Assembly (NCBI RefSeq): GCF_963921235.1
Contig: NC_086108.1
Span: forward strand, 115,942,001-116,006,000
Length of the DNA: 64,000 bases
Source: Mobula hypostoma
Lineage: Eukaryota
Direction: 5' to 3'
The translations under genes and the position numbers were made by a program. Positions 39,417-53,400 of the stretch are shown piece by piece (the stretch's first letter is position 1; each line of letters opens with the position of its first letter). A model generated the notes under the pieces. That model was not told the DNA's origin and searched no databases. It saw only the letters and a program-made list of their open reading frames with translations.

Positions 39417-40259
39417 ATGACCCCGACAATGGACCCGTCAATCGCCTTTTTCTGCCTGATGCCGTCAGGTCTCAGGTTCTCCGGTGGGGGCACACATCAT
39501 GGTTCGCCTGCCACCCCGGGAGTTATCGGATACTGGCTGTTCTTAAAAGACTCTTTAGGTGGCCTCTCATGGAGGCGGATACCCGTTCCTATATCTCTGC
39601 ATGTTCCATCTGTGCCCATGGAAAAGCCTCCCATCGGCCATCTGCGGCATTACTTCGTCCCCTACCTGTCCCTGTCGTACTTGGTCGCACATCGCCCTAT
39701 ACTTTGTCACCGGTCCACCACCTTCACACGGAAACACCTCCGTACTCACCGTGGTAGACCGGTTCTCCAAAACGGGGCACTTTGTAGCCCCCGCCCCCCA
39801 AACTCCCTTCTGCGCACGAAACCGCAGACCTTCTCGTCCGCCATGTCTTCCGCCTCCACGGAATTCTCGCCGATATCGTCTCCGATCGAGGTCCCCAATT
39901 CGTCTCGCAGGTATGTAAGGCCTTCTGTCAAGCCTTGGGTGCCTCGGTCAGCCTGTCATCCACAAGATCACAAGACATACGAGCAGCAGCAGGCCATTCG
40001 GCCCATCGAGTCTGCTCCGCCACTCCACCATGAACTAAACTATTCTTCCATCTAGTTCCAATTTCCGGATTTTTCCCCATATCCCTTGACACCCTGACTA
40101 AGTGGATACCTATCAATCTCCTCCTTAAACACCCTCAATGATCGGGCCACAGCTGTATGTGGCAACGAATTCCATAAATCCACGACCCTCTGGCTAAAAA
40201 AAAATTCTCCTCAACTCTGTTTTAAATGGGTACCCTCTAATTCTAAGACCGTGGCCTCT

Positions 40260-41110
40260 GATCTCCCTCCTGGCACTTATCTGTGTAAGCGGAACAAGTG
40301 CTACACATGCCCTTACACTTCCTCCCTTACCACCATTCAGGGCCCCAAACAGTCCTTCCAGGTGAGGCATCACTTCACCTGTGAGTCGACTGGGGTGATA
40401 TACTGCGTCCGGTGCTCTCGATGTGGCCTTTTATATATTGGTGAGACCCGACGCAGACTGGGAGACCGCTTTGCTGAACATCTACGCTCTGTCCGCCAGA
40501 GAAAGCAGGATCTCCCAGTGGCCACACATTTTAATTCCACATCCCATTCCCATTCTGACATGTCTATCCACGGCCTCCTCTACTGTAAAGATGAAGCCAC
40601 ACTCAGGTTGGAGGAACAACACCTTATATTCCGTCTGGGTAGCCTCCAACCTGATGGCATGAACATTGACTTCTCTAACTTCCGCTAGGCCCCACCTCCC
40701 CCTCGTACCCCATCTGTTATTTTTATGCACACATTCTTTCTCTCACTCTCCTTTTTCTCCCTCTGTCCCTCTGAATATACCTCTTGCCCATCCTCTGGGT
40801 CCCCCCCCCCCCGTCTTTCTTCCCGGACCTCCTGTCCCATGATCCTCTCGTATCCCCTTTTGCCTATCACCTGTCCACCTCTCGGCTCTATCCCTCCCCC
40901 TCCTGTCTTCTTCTATCATTTTGCATCTCCCCCTCCCCCTCCAGCTTTCAAATCCCTTACTCACTCTTCCTTCAGTTAGTCCTGACGAAGGGTCTCGGCC
41001 TGAAACGTCGACTGCGCCTCTTCCTAGAGATGCTGCTTGGCCTGCTGCGTTCACCAGCAACTTTGATGTGTGTTGCTTGAATTTCCAGCATCTGCAGAAT
41101 TCCTGTTGTT
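40260..41110 (+). mobile_element. Penelope-like element 3' fragment with GIY-YIG endonuclease and pLTR, nested in CR1
   Basis: ORF 40251-40688: CKRNKCYTC, GVIYCVRCSRCGLLYIGETRRRLGDRFAEH, GMNIDF. Confidence 0.93.
40978..41013 (+). ncRNA. Minimal type I hammerhead ribozyme motif in Penelope pLTR
   Basis: AGTC-CTGACGA-A-GGG(TCTCGG)CCT-GAAA-C-GTC-GACT, with a 4-bp stem I (AGTC/GACT). Confidence 0.78.
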
Positions 41111-42798
41111 TCCACATCTACTCTGTTCAACCCTTTCAATATTCGAAATGTTTCAATGAGAACCCCTGTCATTCTTCTATACTCTGATGAATAGAGCCCA
41201 AGAGCCGACAAACGCTCCTCATATGTTAGCCCCTGCATTCCAGGAATCATCTTCATAAATCTTCTCTGAACTCTCTCCAACATTAGTACATCCCTTCTAA
41301 GATACGGGGCCCAAAACTGCACACAGTATTCCAAATGAGGTCTCACCAGTGCCTCATAGAGCCTCATCAACACCTCCTTACTCTTGTACACTATTCCTCT
41401 TGAAATGAATGCCAACATAGCATTCGCTTTCCTTACCGCCAATCCAACCTGGTGGTTAACCTTTAGGATATCCTGCACGAGGACCCCCCAGTCCCTTTGC
41501 GCTTCCGATTTTTGAATTTTCTCCCCATCTAAATAATAATCTGCCTGACTATTTCTCAACATTGTATCTCATCTGCCATTTCTTTGCCCACTCTCCTAAA
41601 CTAACGAAGTCTCCCTGCAATCTGTCCGTTTCTTCAACACTTCCTGCTCCTCCACCCATCTTTGTGTCATCCGCAAACTTAGCCACAAAACCATTTAATC
41701 CATAATCTAAATCATTGATATACATTGTAAAAAGAAGCGGTCCCAACACGACCCCTGTAGAACACCACTAGTAACCGGCAACCAATCAGAATAGGATCCC
41801 TTTATTCCCACCCTTTGCTTTCTGCCTATCAGCCAATGCTCCACCCATTCCAATATCTTTCCTGTAATTCCATGGGCTCTCATCTTGTTAAGCAGCCTCC
41901 TATGCGGCACCTTATCGAAGGCCTTTTGAAAATCCAAAATACACAACATCCACAGCCTCTCCCTTGTCAATCTTATTTGAGATTACTGTACCTCAAAAAA
42001 TTCCAATAGGTTGGTGAGGCAGGATCTTCCCTTCATGAAACCGTGCTGGCTTCGGCCTATCTTGTCATGTACCTCGAGGTATTTCATGACCTCGTTCTTG
42101 AGGATCGACTCCAATAACTTTCCAACTACCGATGTCAGACTAATAGGTCTGTAATTTTCTTTTTGCTGCCTTCCTCCTTTCTTAAACAGCGGAACTACAT
42201 TTGCGACCTTCCAGTCCTCTGGAACTATGCAGGAGTCTATTGATTCCTGGAAGATCATTTCCAATGCTTCCACAATCTCCAAAGCCACCTCCTTCAGAAC
42301 CCGTGGATGCACTTCATCCTGTCTGGGAGACTTATCTATTCTTAGTCCATCTAGCTTCCCAAGCACTTTCTCTCTAGTAATCTTGACTGTACCTAATTCT
42401 ATTCCCTGAGATCTCTGGCTATCAGGTAAATTGCTAATGTCTTCCACTGTGAAGACTGATGCAAAATGCTCATTTAGTTCCTCTGCCATCTCTTTATTAC
42501 CTATTATAATTTCTCCAGCATCATTTCCAATCCGTCCTATATCTACTCGTGTCACTTTGTTACTCTTCATATATTAAAAAAAAACTCTCAGTATCCTTTT
42601 TATGTTAATTGCCAACTTCCTTTCATAATTCATCTTCTTTCCTCATGACTTTCTTGGTTCCCTTCTGTAAGTTTTTAAAAGTCGTCCAGTCCTCAGTTTT
42701 CCCACTAATTTTTGCTTCCTTGTACGTGCTTTTATTTTAGCCTTAACCAGCTTCCACCCACAGACGAACGGGGAAACGGAACGGGTCAACCAGGATTT

Positions 42799-43266
42799 AG
42801 AAACATAGAAAATAGGTGCAGGAGTAGGCCATTCGGCCCTTCGAGCCTGCACCGCCATTTATTATGATCATGGCTGATCATCCAACTCAGAACCCCTCCC
42901 CAGCCTTCCCTCCATACCCCTTGACCCCCGTAGCCACAAGGGCCATATCTAACTCCCTCTTAAATATAGCCAATGAACTGGCCTCAACTGTTTCCTGTGG
43001 CAGAGAATTCCACAGATTCACCACTCTCTGTGTGAAGAAGTTTTTCCTAATCTCGGTCTTAAAAGGCTTCTCCTTTATCCTCAAACTGTGGCCCCTCGTT
43101 CTGGACTTCCCCAACATCGGGAACAAAATTCCTGCATCTAGCCTGTCCAATCCCTTTAGGATTTTATACGTTTCAATCAGATCCCCCCTCAATCTTCTAA
43201 ATTCCAATGAGTACAGCCCAGTTCATCCAGTCTTTCTTCATATGAAAGTCCTGCCATCCCAGGAAT
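42799..43266 (-). mobile_element. CR1 3' fragment inserted in the integrase
   Basis: AGAAACATAG tail and ORF2 C-terminus. Removing it restores AACCAGGATTTGGAGGCG. Confidence 0.92.
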
Positions 43267-44047
43267 TTGGAGGCGACACTACGTTGTATAACAACCAACA
43301 GCCCGTCGCGCTGGAGCGACCACCTCGGGTGGGTTGAGTACGCCCATAACTCTCTGGTTAGTACTGCCATCGGAAGGTCTCTGTTCGAGTGCTCCCTTGG
43401 GTATCAACCGCCGCTGTTGCCCGCGTAAGAAGAGGAGACTGCGGTGCCGTGTGTTCAGGCCCGTATCGATCGGTGTCGCAAGCTTTGGGAGGTCACACGC
43501 ACGGCCCTGCTCAGATCAGCCGATCGCAATAAGAGGATTGCCGATCGACACCGGACACCTGCGCCTGAGTATCGACCTGGGCAGAAGGTGTGGCTCTCAT
43601 CCAAAGACGTCTTCCTCAAAACCGAGCCGAAGAAACTCGTCCCTCGCTTCCGGTGAACTTTCAAGTTCGAAAGTATCATCAACCCCACAGCAGTCCGACT
43701 TAAACTACCAAGATCTATGCACATCCACCCTACTTTTCAAGTTTTCCAATTAAAACCGCTTTCCATCAGTCCCTTGTGTCCTCCGACCGAAAGCCTCCCA
43801 CCCGCCCGGATCATCGACAACCATCCGGCATACACCGTCCGGCGGCTAGTACATGTGCGCCGTCGGGGCAGGGGCTTCCAATACCTGGTCGACTGGGAAG
43901 GGTACGGCCCAGAGGAGCGTTGCTGGGTTCCCCGCTCCTTCATCCTGGACGCCTCCCTCATCGAAGACTTCCATCGGGACCATCCGAACAAACCTGGAAG
44001 ATCGCCTGGAGGCTCCCATTGAAGTGGTGGGGGGGGGGGGGGGGGAC

Positions 44048-44440
44048 TGTCATGGTCCTGTCCGGCAATGCCCCATCTTGCTATTATCTCCTTGATTAGG
44101 TCTGAATCCTCTCGTCTGATTTCCAGTTGTTCCCTGTTTTCATTAATTACAGTACACCTGCTTTCCATCAGCGTACCGAGGATAAGAACCCTGGCGTCAC
44201 TGTTACGCTTCGCCAGTTCGTTGAGCTATTCTAGTGTGTGTAAAACTCGTTTCCTGATTCCTTAGGACTGTCAGTCCTAAGCTCCGCACCATTCCCTGGA
44301 TAATCTACGTAAACCTTGTCTCCGTGTAAAGGTTCTCCTGAATACCGGTTCCACGTTCGCGGCTGCGCTAACGCCTCACGAACCTGTCTCCGTGCGTGCG
44401 TCCTGCTCTTTTGTTCGTCCCCAGCCACGTACTTGCAACA
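44048..44440 (+). repeat. 3' LTR (393 bp)
   Basis: TGTCATGG...TGCAACA after the PPT, followed by the TSD. Confidence 0.92.
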
Positions 44441-47400
44441 GAGTACCGATGTACAGAGACACAGAGGGCAGAGGTGCACGGAACCTGAGGACAGAGATGT
44501 ATGGACACTGATGACTGATATGCGGCAACAACGCAGGGACACTGTGGACAGTTGTACAGGGACACTGAGGGTAGATATGCAGGGACGCTGTGGACAGATA
44601 TGCAGAGATACTGAGGGCAGATCTGCAGGGACACTAATAACAGATTAGCAGGCTCATTAAGGACAGATAGGCAGGGAGACAGAGCACAGATATGCAGGGA
44701 CACTGAGGACAGATATACAGCACACTGAGGACAGACAGGCAGGGAGACAGAGCACAGATATGCAGGGACACTGAGGACAGTTAGACAGGGAAACTGAGGG
44801 CAGATATGTGCGAACAGAGACGACAGATATGCAGGGCCACTGAGGACCGATATTTGGCAATACTGAGGACAAATATTCGGGGACTCGGGATGACTTGTGA
44901 CAGATATGCACAAACGCCGTGCACAGAAATGTGCATCACTGAGGAGCGATATGCATGGAAAATGAGTGTATGTATTGCTCGACATCACAGACAGATAGGT
45001 CGCCACACTTTGGACAGATACGCAGGAACATTGAGTGCAGAGATCCTGGAACACTGAGGACAGACATGTGGGGCTGCTGGTGATAAATATGCAAGGTCAC
45101 CTAGCACAGATGTAGAAGGACACTGAGGACAGGTTACAGGGACACTGAGGAGAGATATGCAGGGAGAATGACCACAGATATGTACGGGCACTGAGTACAG
45201 ATGGTCAGGTACACTGTGAACAGTTATTTAGAGACACTTAGGACAGATATACAAGGACACTGTGGACAGATATGCTGTGACACTGAGGGCTCGGAAGGCA
45301 GTTATGCAGGGCCACTGTAGACAAATATGCGCAGACCCTGAGGACATGGGTACAGGGATAATGGGGACTGGAGCACGGGGACACTGTGGACAGATATGCA
45401 GGGACACAGAGGACGGATGTACAGCGACACTGAGGACAGATATGCAGGGAACTGATTACATTTATGCAGGGAATGAGGACAGATATGCAGGGATACTGAG
45501 CCAGATATATATGGACATAGAGGACAAGTGTCCATGTGACACTGAGGACAGATATGCAGGGAAACTGTGAAATAGATGCGGGACACTGAGGACAGTTATG
45601 CATGGACACTAAGGACAGATATGCATGGACACTGAGGACAGATATGCAGGAAGACTGTGGGCAAGTGTACAGGGACACTGAGGACAGATATACAAGGACA
45701 CTGTTGACAGAAATGCAGCTTATTGAGGACAGCAATGCAGCGACACTGAGCACCGATATGAGGGACACTGAGGACAGATATTCAGGGACACCGAGGACCG
45801 ATATGCAGGGATTCTGGACAGATATGGAGGGATAGTGGTGCAGTTATGCAGGGGCAGAAGAAGAAGATATGCTGGGATGCTGAGGACGGATTTATGGGGA
45901 CGCTGAGGACGGATTTACAGGGACACTGAGCATAGATATGCAGGGATACCGAGGACAGATATGCAGGGACACTGGGGACAGATATGCAGGGACCCAGAAA
46001 ACAGATATGTGGGGACGCTGAGGAGAAATATGCAGTGTCATGACGACATGCATGCAGGAACAGTGAATACAAATATCGTGAAACACTGAGAACGGATATG
46101 CAGGGACAGATATGTTGGGATACTGTGGACAGGTATACAGAGATACTGAGAGAGATATGTAGCACACTGAGGAACGATATGCAGGGACACCCTGGACAGA
46201 TATACTCCGAATGTAAGGAAAGATGTACAGGGACACTGAGGACAGATATACAGGAACACTGACCACAGATATGCCGGGGAGTCTGGGTACAGGTATGCCG
46301 GGAGACTGAGGGCAGATATGCAGGGAGACTGAGGACAGATATTCAGGCAGACCAAGGAAACTCTGCAGTAACATCCATGTTAGATATGCAGTAACACTGA
46401 GGTCAACCACTTAGGGATACTGAGGACAAATATTCGAGGACATTAAGATCATATAGTCGGGATGACTGGTGACAGATATGCGGAAACACCGAACATGGAA
46501 ATGTGCAACACTGTGGTGTGATATACAGGGAAAACGAGTAGATGTATTGTACAACATCAGAGACAGACATGCCGGCAGTGTGGAGAGATACGTGGGGACA
46601 TTGTCGATAGCGATTCTGGAACATTGAGGACAGATATGCAGGAATACGGATTCAGGTATGCAGGGACACTGCGGACAGATGTCCAGGGACACAAAAAGCC
46701 GATATGCAGAGACAATAAGGACAGATGTGCAGGAAGACGGGTTTAGGTATGCAGCTACACTAAGGATAGATGTCCAGCGACACTAAGAACAGAAATTCAG
46801 GGACACTCTAGACAGACATGCAGGGAATCTAAGGACAGAAGTACACGGACACTGAAGACAGATATGCGGTGGACTCTAAGGACAGGTACACCAGAACACT
46901 GAGGACAGTTATGCAGGAACAAGGGTTCAGGTACGCAGGGACACTGAAGTCAGATATGCAGCGACAGAGAGGACAGATATGAAAGGACACTGTGGATAAG
47001 TGTAAAGCTACACTGAGCACAGATTGCACGTATGCTGAGGACAGAAATGTAGCGACGCTGGAGACAGATATGCAGTAACACGGAGGAGAGATATGTACAG
47101 ATACTGTGGACAGGTGTACAGCACATTAACGACAGATATGCGTTGAAACTGAAGCCGGATATGCAGGGAGAGTGAGGACAGATATGCAGAACCGCTTGGA
47201 CAGAAGTGAATGGACTCTGAGGTGCGTTTGCAGGGTCACTGTAGACAGGTGTACAGGGACACTGAGGGCAGACATGAAGGGACACTGAGGACAGATATGC
47301 AGCATACTCACGACAGATATGGAGGGACACTGAGGACAGATATGGAGGGACACTGAGGACAGATATGCAGCGACACTGAGGAAGGTACGCGTGGATGCTG

Positions 47401-50400
47401 AGGACAGATATGCATGGACACTGAACACAAGTGTACTGGGAAAAGAAGGACAGATATGCAGCAAATTGTCGACAGATATGGAAGCGCACTGAGGAGAAAT
47501 ACCCTGTAACAATACGGACGGAAATGCAGAGACTCTAAGGACAAAAAGGACAATGAAGACAGATATTCAGGGAGTGACAACGGATATGCAGAGATACTGA
47601 GCCGAGATACGCGGGAACACTGAGAACAGATATGCATTGGTACTGATGGCAGCTATGCGGGATACTAAGGAACAATATCCTGGACCACTAGGTACAGATA
47701 TGTGCGGACGCTGAGGAATGATATTCAGGAACATCTAGCACAGATATGCAAGTACATTGAGAACAGATATGCACAGACACAGAGCACAGATACGCAGGGA
47801 GCCACAAAACAGATATGTGGGGACTCTGAGGACAGGTACGCCTGAACACTAAGGACAGATATGCAGGAATACTGAGGATAGTTATGCAGGGAGACTGAGG
47901 ACAGATATTCAGTAAGACCAAGGAAGCTCGGCAGGAACATCCAGGCTAGATATGCAGTAACACTGAGGTCAACTATTTGGACAAATATTCGGGGACTCTA
48001 AAGTCATATAGTAGGGATGACTGGCGACAGATATGTAGAGATGCCGAACACAGAAATGTGCAATGCTGAGTTGCGAAATGCAGGGAGAACTAATGGATGT
48101 ATTGCACGACATCACAGACAGACATGCTGGGGCACTGTGGACGGATATGTTGGGACATTGAAGACAGAGATCTTAATACACTGAGGACAGATATACGGGG
48201 ATGCTAAGGACAGATATGCAGAGATACTGAGGATAGATATTCATGGACACTGGGGTCTGGTGTACAGGGACAATAAGAACAGATATGCAGGGATTTTGAG
48301 GACAGGTATGCAGGGAAGGTGAAGACTTCATGGACACTGCATGGACATTGAGGACCCACGTGCACGGACACTGAGGATAGATATGCAGGGAAACTGAGGA
48401 CCGGCGTGCAGGGACAATGTGGATAGATAAGCCAGGTCACTGAGAACAGGCGTAAAGCAATACTGAGGAAGAATTTGCAGGGACACTGAGGAGCAATATC
48501 CTGGAAGACTGAAGATAGATATGTAGGGACGCTGAGGACAGATACGCCGGGACACTGAGGACAGAAATGCAGGGACACTGAGGTAAGGTGTACAGGGACA
48601 CTGAGGACAGATATGCCATGACACTGAGCAGATATATGACGGGACACTTAGGACAGATAAGCCGGGACACTGAGGACAGAAATGACGGGATTTAGATGTC
48701 AGATATGAGACACACTGAGGATAGTTATGGAGAGCAATGAGGACCGATATGCACGGATACTGTGTACAGATATGCAGGGACACTGGTGCAGATATGCAGG
48801 AAGACTGGGGTGGGATATGAGGGGACGCAGAGGACAGGTGTACAGGTGTTCGGGAACACCGAGGACAGATATTCAGTGAGACCAAGGAAATCTATGCAGG
48901 AACTTCCAGGCTAGGTATGCAGTAACACAGAGGTCAATTATTGGGGGATACTGCGGACACATATGCTGAGACGTTGAGGACAGATATGCAGGGACACCGA
49001 GGAACAATATCCTGGAACAATGAGTACATATATGTGGGGAAGGTGAGGCAGATATGCAGGGAAAATGAGGGCTGCTATGCCACGAAACTGACTACAGATA
49101 TGCGGGGACACTAAGAAAAGATATGCCGGGAATCTGGGGACAGATATGCAGCGAGGCTGAGATCAGGTGAACAGGGACACTGTTGTCACAAATTCCGGGT
49201 CTCTGAGGTCAAGTGAACAGGGACACTGAAGATAGATATGCAGTGATACAGAGCAGCTCCAACCTGGAATACTGCGGAGAGATATGTGGGGACACTAAGG
49301 ACAGATATGTTGGTACGCTGTGGACAGGTATGAAGGGATACTGAGCAAAAAATATACAGGGAAACATAGCATAGATATCCAGGGACACTGAGGACATATA
49401 TACGGGAGAATGAGAACAGATATGCGGCACACTGAGGAGCAATATCCTGGAACACTGCGGACAGGTATGCAGGGACACTGAGGACAGATATGTTGGTACG
49501 CTGTGTATATGAAGGGACACTAAGCACAAATATACAGGGACACCGCATAGATATTCAGGGACACTGATAAAAGATGTACAGGGACACTGAATACAGACAT
49601 GCAGGGATATTAAGGACACATATACAGGGAGACAGAGGACAGATATGTGGCACACTGAGGAGAAATATCCTGGAAGACTGAGGACAGGTATGTTGGATCG
49701 CTGAGGATAGATATGCCGAAGCATTGAGCAAAGCTATGCAGGGACACTGAGGTCAGGTGTACAGGGACTCTGAGGACAGATATGCAGGGATACTGCTGAG
49801 AGATAGGCAGTGACACTGAGGACAAATATCCTGTAACTAGGAGGACAGACATGTGCGGACGCTGATGACCGATGTGCAGCGACCCTAGCACAGTTACGCG
49901 GGGAGGCTGAGGACAGACATGCATGGACACTGAGTAAAGGTGTACAGAGACACTGAGGACCGATATGTGGGTACGCTGTGGATAGATATTCTGGGACTCT
50001 GAGCACAAATATGCAGGGACAGAGAGCATAGATATTCAGGGACACTGAAAACAGATATTCAGGGACACTGAAAACAGATGTACCGGGACACTGAAAACAG
50101 ATGTACCGGGACACTGAGGGCAGATATGCGGGGTACTGAAGACAGTTATACAGGGAGACAGAGGACAGGTATGCAGGGACACTGGGGACATCTATACAAG
50201 CACAATGAAGGTAGATATGCAGGAAAACTGAGACCAAATATTCAAGGACAATGAGCACATATGTGCAGGGACCCTGGGGACAGAGATGCAGGGACACTGA
50301 GGCAAGATATGAAGGGACACTGTGTCGAGATATGCGGAGACGCTGAAGACAGATGTACAGGGACACTGAGGAACAATATCCTAGAAGACTGGGGGTAGAT

Positions 50401-53400
50401 ATGTGAGGTCGCTGAGGACAGATATGCCTAAGCACTAAGCACAGCTATGCAGGTACACTGAAGACAGGTGTACAGGGATACTGAGTGCAGATATGGAGGT
50501 ACAATGAGGTCGGATATACAGGGACACTGAGGGAAGATATGCACTGATACTGAGGATAGATATGTCGGGACATTGATGAGAGATATGCCGAGACACTGAG
50601 GACTGATATTCAAGGACTCTGAGGTCATATATGAAGGGACACTGCGGGCAGAACAACAGGGAAACTGAAGACAGGTATGACGGGACACAGATGACAGATA
50701 ATTAGGGACACTGAGGTCATATATGCAGGAACACTGAGCACAAATGTACAGGGACACTGAGGGGCGATATGCGGGAACACAGATGTCAGAAATAAGCCAC
50801 ACTGTGGACAGATATGCAGTTCAATGAGGACAGATATGCAGGGTTTCTGAGAACAGCAATGCAGGGATATTGTGGACAGATACGCAGGGACACTGGTGTA
50901 GATATGCAGAAACACTGGGAAGATAAATGAGGGGACACTAAGGACAGATAATCTGGGGCACTGAGCACAGGTATGCAACTACAGTGCCGTCACATGTACA
51001 GACACACTGAAGGCAGATACACAGGGACACTGAGGACAGATATGCAGGGACACTGTGGGCAGATAATCCGGGTCACTGAAGAGCAATATCCTGGAAGACT
51101 GAGGACAAATGTGTGGGGGCGCTAGGGCAGATATGCCGGGACGCGGAGCACAGATATGCCGGGACACAGAGGTCAGATATGTAGGGACACTAAGCACAAA
51201 TATGACGGAACTCAGATGTCAGATATGAGGCAGACTGAGGACTGATATGCAGCGCCTTGAGGACAGATAAGCAAGGACACTGAGGACTAATATGCATGGA
51301 CAATGAGGACCGATATGCACGGATACTGTGGACAGATATGCAGGGACACTGGTGCAGAGGTACAGGAACAATGGGGAGAGATATGAGGGGACGCAGAGGA
51401 CGGCTGTACAGGGAGAAAGAGGACGGCTATGCTGTGTAAATGAGGTAAGGTATAGAGGGACACCCAGGACAGATATTCAGTGAGAGCAAGGAAATATATG
51501 CAGGAACATCCAGACTAGGTATTCAGGAACACAGAGGCCAATTATTACGGGATACTGAGGACAAATATTCGGGGGATCTAAGGACATATAGTCATGATGA
51601 CTGGGGACAGATATGCAGGGACGCCACACACAGAAATATGCAACACTGAGGTGCGATATGCAGGGAAAACGAGTGGATGTATTGAACGACATCACAGTCA
51701 GATATGCCGCGCAATATGGACAGATATGCAGGGACACTGATGACAGAGATCTTGCAACACTGAAGACAGATATGCAGGGACACTGCAAGCAGATGTGCGG
51801 GGACACTGACGACAGATATGCAGCTACCCTGAGGAGGTTAAGCTAGGATGCTGAGGACAGATATGCGTGGACACTGGGGACCGGTGCATATGGCCAATAA
51901 GGACAGATACGCAGGGACACCGAGGGGAAATATTCTGGAACACTGAGGACAGATATGCAAGGATACTGTCAGATATGCAGGGACACTGGTGAGAGAAGTA
52001 CAGGGACACTAAAGACAGATATGACGGCACACTGAGATCATATAAGGGGTACACTGAGAAGAGATACGCAGGAACACTGAGGACAGATATGCCGGGTCAC
52101 TGAGGACAGATATGCGGAGAACCTGAGGATAGATAAGTGGGTACACTGTGGACAGGTATGCAGGGATATTGAGCGCAAATATGCAGGGAAATATAGCGTA
52201 GATATTCAAGGACACTGAGAAAAGATGAACAGGGACACTGAGGACTGATATGCAGGGACATTGTGGACTGTTATACAGGGAGACAGAGGACTGGTATGCA
52301 GGGATACTGAAGACATATATACAGGGACAATGAGGACAGATATACTGTGACAGTGAGGACAGGAGTGCAGGAACACTGTGGGCAGATATGCAGGGATACA
52401 GAGGAGCAACATCCTGGAACAATAAGGACAGTTATGTGGGTATGCTGAGGGAAGATATGCAGGGGTGTACAGCATAGATATGTTGGGAAACTGAGGGAAG
52501 ATATGCAAGGACACTGGTGCAGATATGTAGGGACACTGACGACAGATATACAGGAACACCCAGGACATATATTCAGTGAGACCAAGGAAATCAATGCAAG
52601 AACATCCAGGCTAGGTATGCTGTAATACTGAGGTCAAATGTTCCGGGAATCCAAGGACATATAGTCAGGATGAGAGGGGACAGATATGCAGGGACGTCAA
52701 ACACAGAGAAATGCTACACTGAGGTGCGATATGCAAGGAAAATGAGTGGATATATTGAACGACATCACAGATATATGGTATATGCCGCGCACTGTGGACA
52801 GATATGCAGGGACATTGATGACAAAGATCTTGGAACACTCAGGAAGATACGCCGGGATGCTGAAAACAGATTACACTGGGGACAGGTGTATAGGGACAAT
52901 AGGAGCATATATGCAGTAAACTGAGGACAGATATGCAACGACCCTGAGAAAGATACGCCGGGAAGCTGAGGACTGATATGCGTGGACACTGGGCACAGGT
53001 GTAGAGGGACAATAAGGACAGATAAGCAGGGACACTGGTGAGAAATATTATGGAACACTGTGGGCAGATATGCAGAGACGCTTAGGACAGAAATACAGGG
53101 ACACCTAGCACAGATTTGCAGGGAAACTGAAGACAGATATACAGGGGCACTTAGCACAGATTTGAGGGGAAATTGAAGACAGATATACAGGGACACTGAC
53201 GGCTGTTATGCAGCTAAACTGACTACAAATATGCTGGGACACTAAGAAAAGATATGCTGGGAATCTGAGGACAGATATGCAGAGACAGTAAGGACAGATG
53301 TACACGGAAACAGAGGTCACAAATTCTGGGTCTCTGAGATCAGGTGAACAGGGACACTGTTGTCACAAATTCCGGGTTCTGAGGTCAAGTGAACAGGGAC

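Larger units (their letters stand above)
39963..42746 (-). mobile_element. CR1 LINE (distinct tail, ACAAGATC/ACAAGAC on plus) inserted in the integrase; TSD CCA
   Basis: RT motifs LDFQKAFDKVPH and KFADD. Removing it restores GCCTGTCATCCAGCTTCCACC of the integrase. Confidence 0.92.
36693..44440 (+). mobile_element. Ty3/Gypsy chromovirus (Sushi-like), decayed; 5-bp TSD GAGTA; carries three CR1 insertions
   Basis: GAGTA at 36688-36692 and 44441-44445. Gag (PEPYAGDLGKYRAFL, EEPMQLG, CYHCGQPGHFRDTC), protease LLDSGA, RT ([28 protein letters not shown]), RNase H ([19 protein letters not shown]), integrase, chromodomain, G-tract PPT and 3' LTR. Confidence 0.95.

Noticed and set aside
51660..51700. 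Landmark core as a CENP-B box
   Set aside because: It does not fit TTCGnnnnAnnCGGG on either strand.
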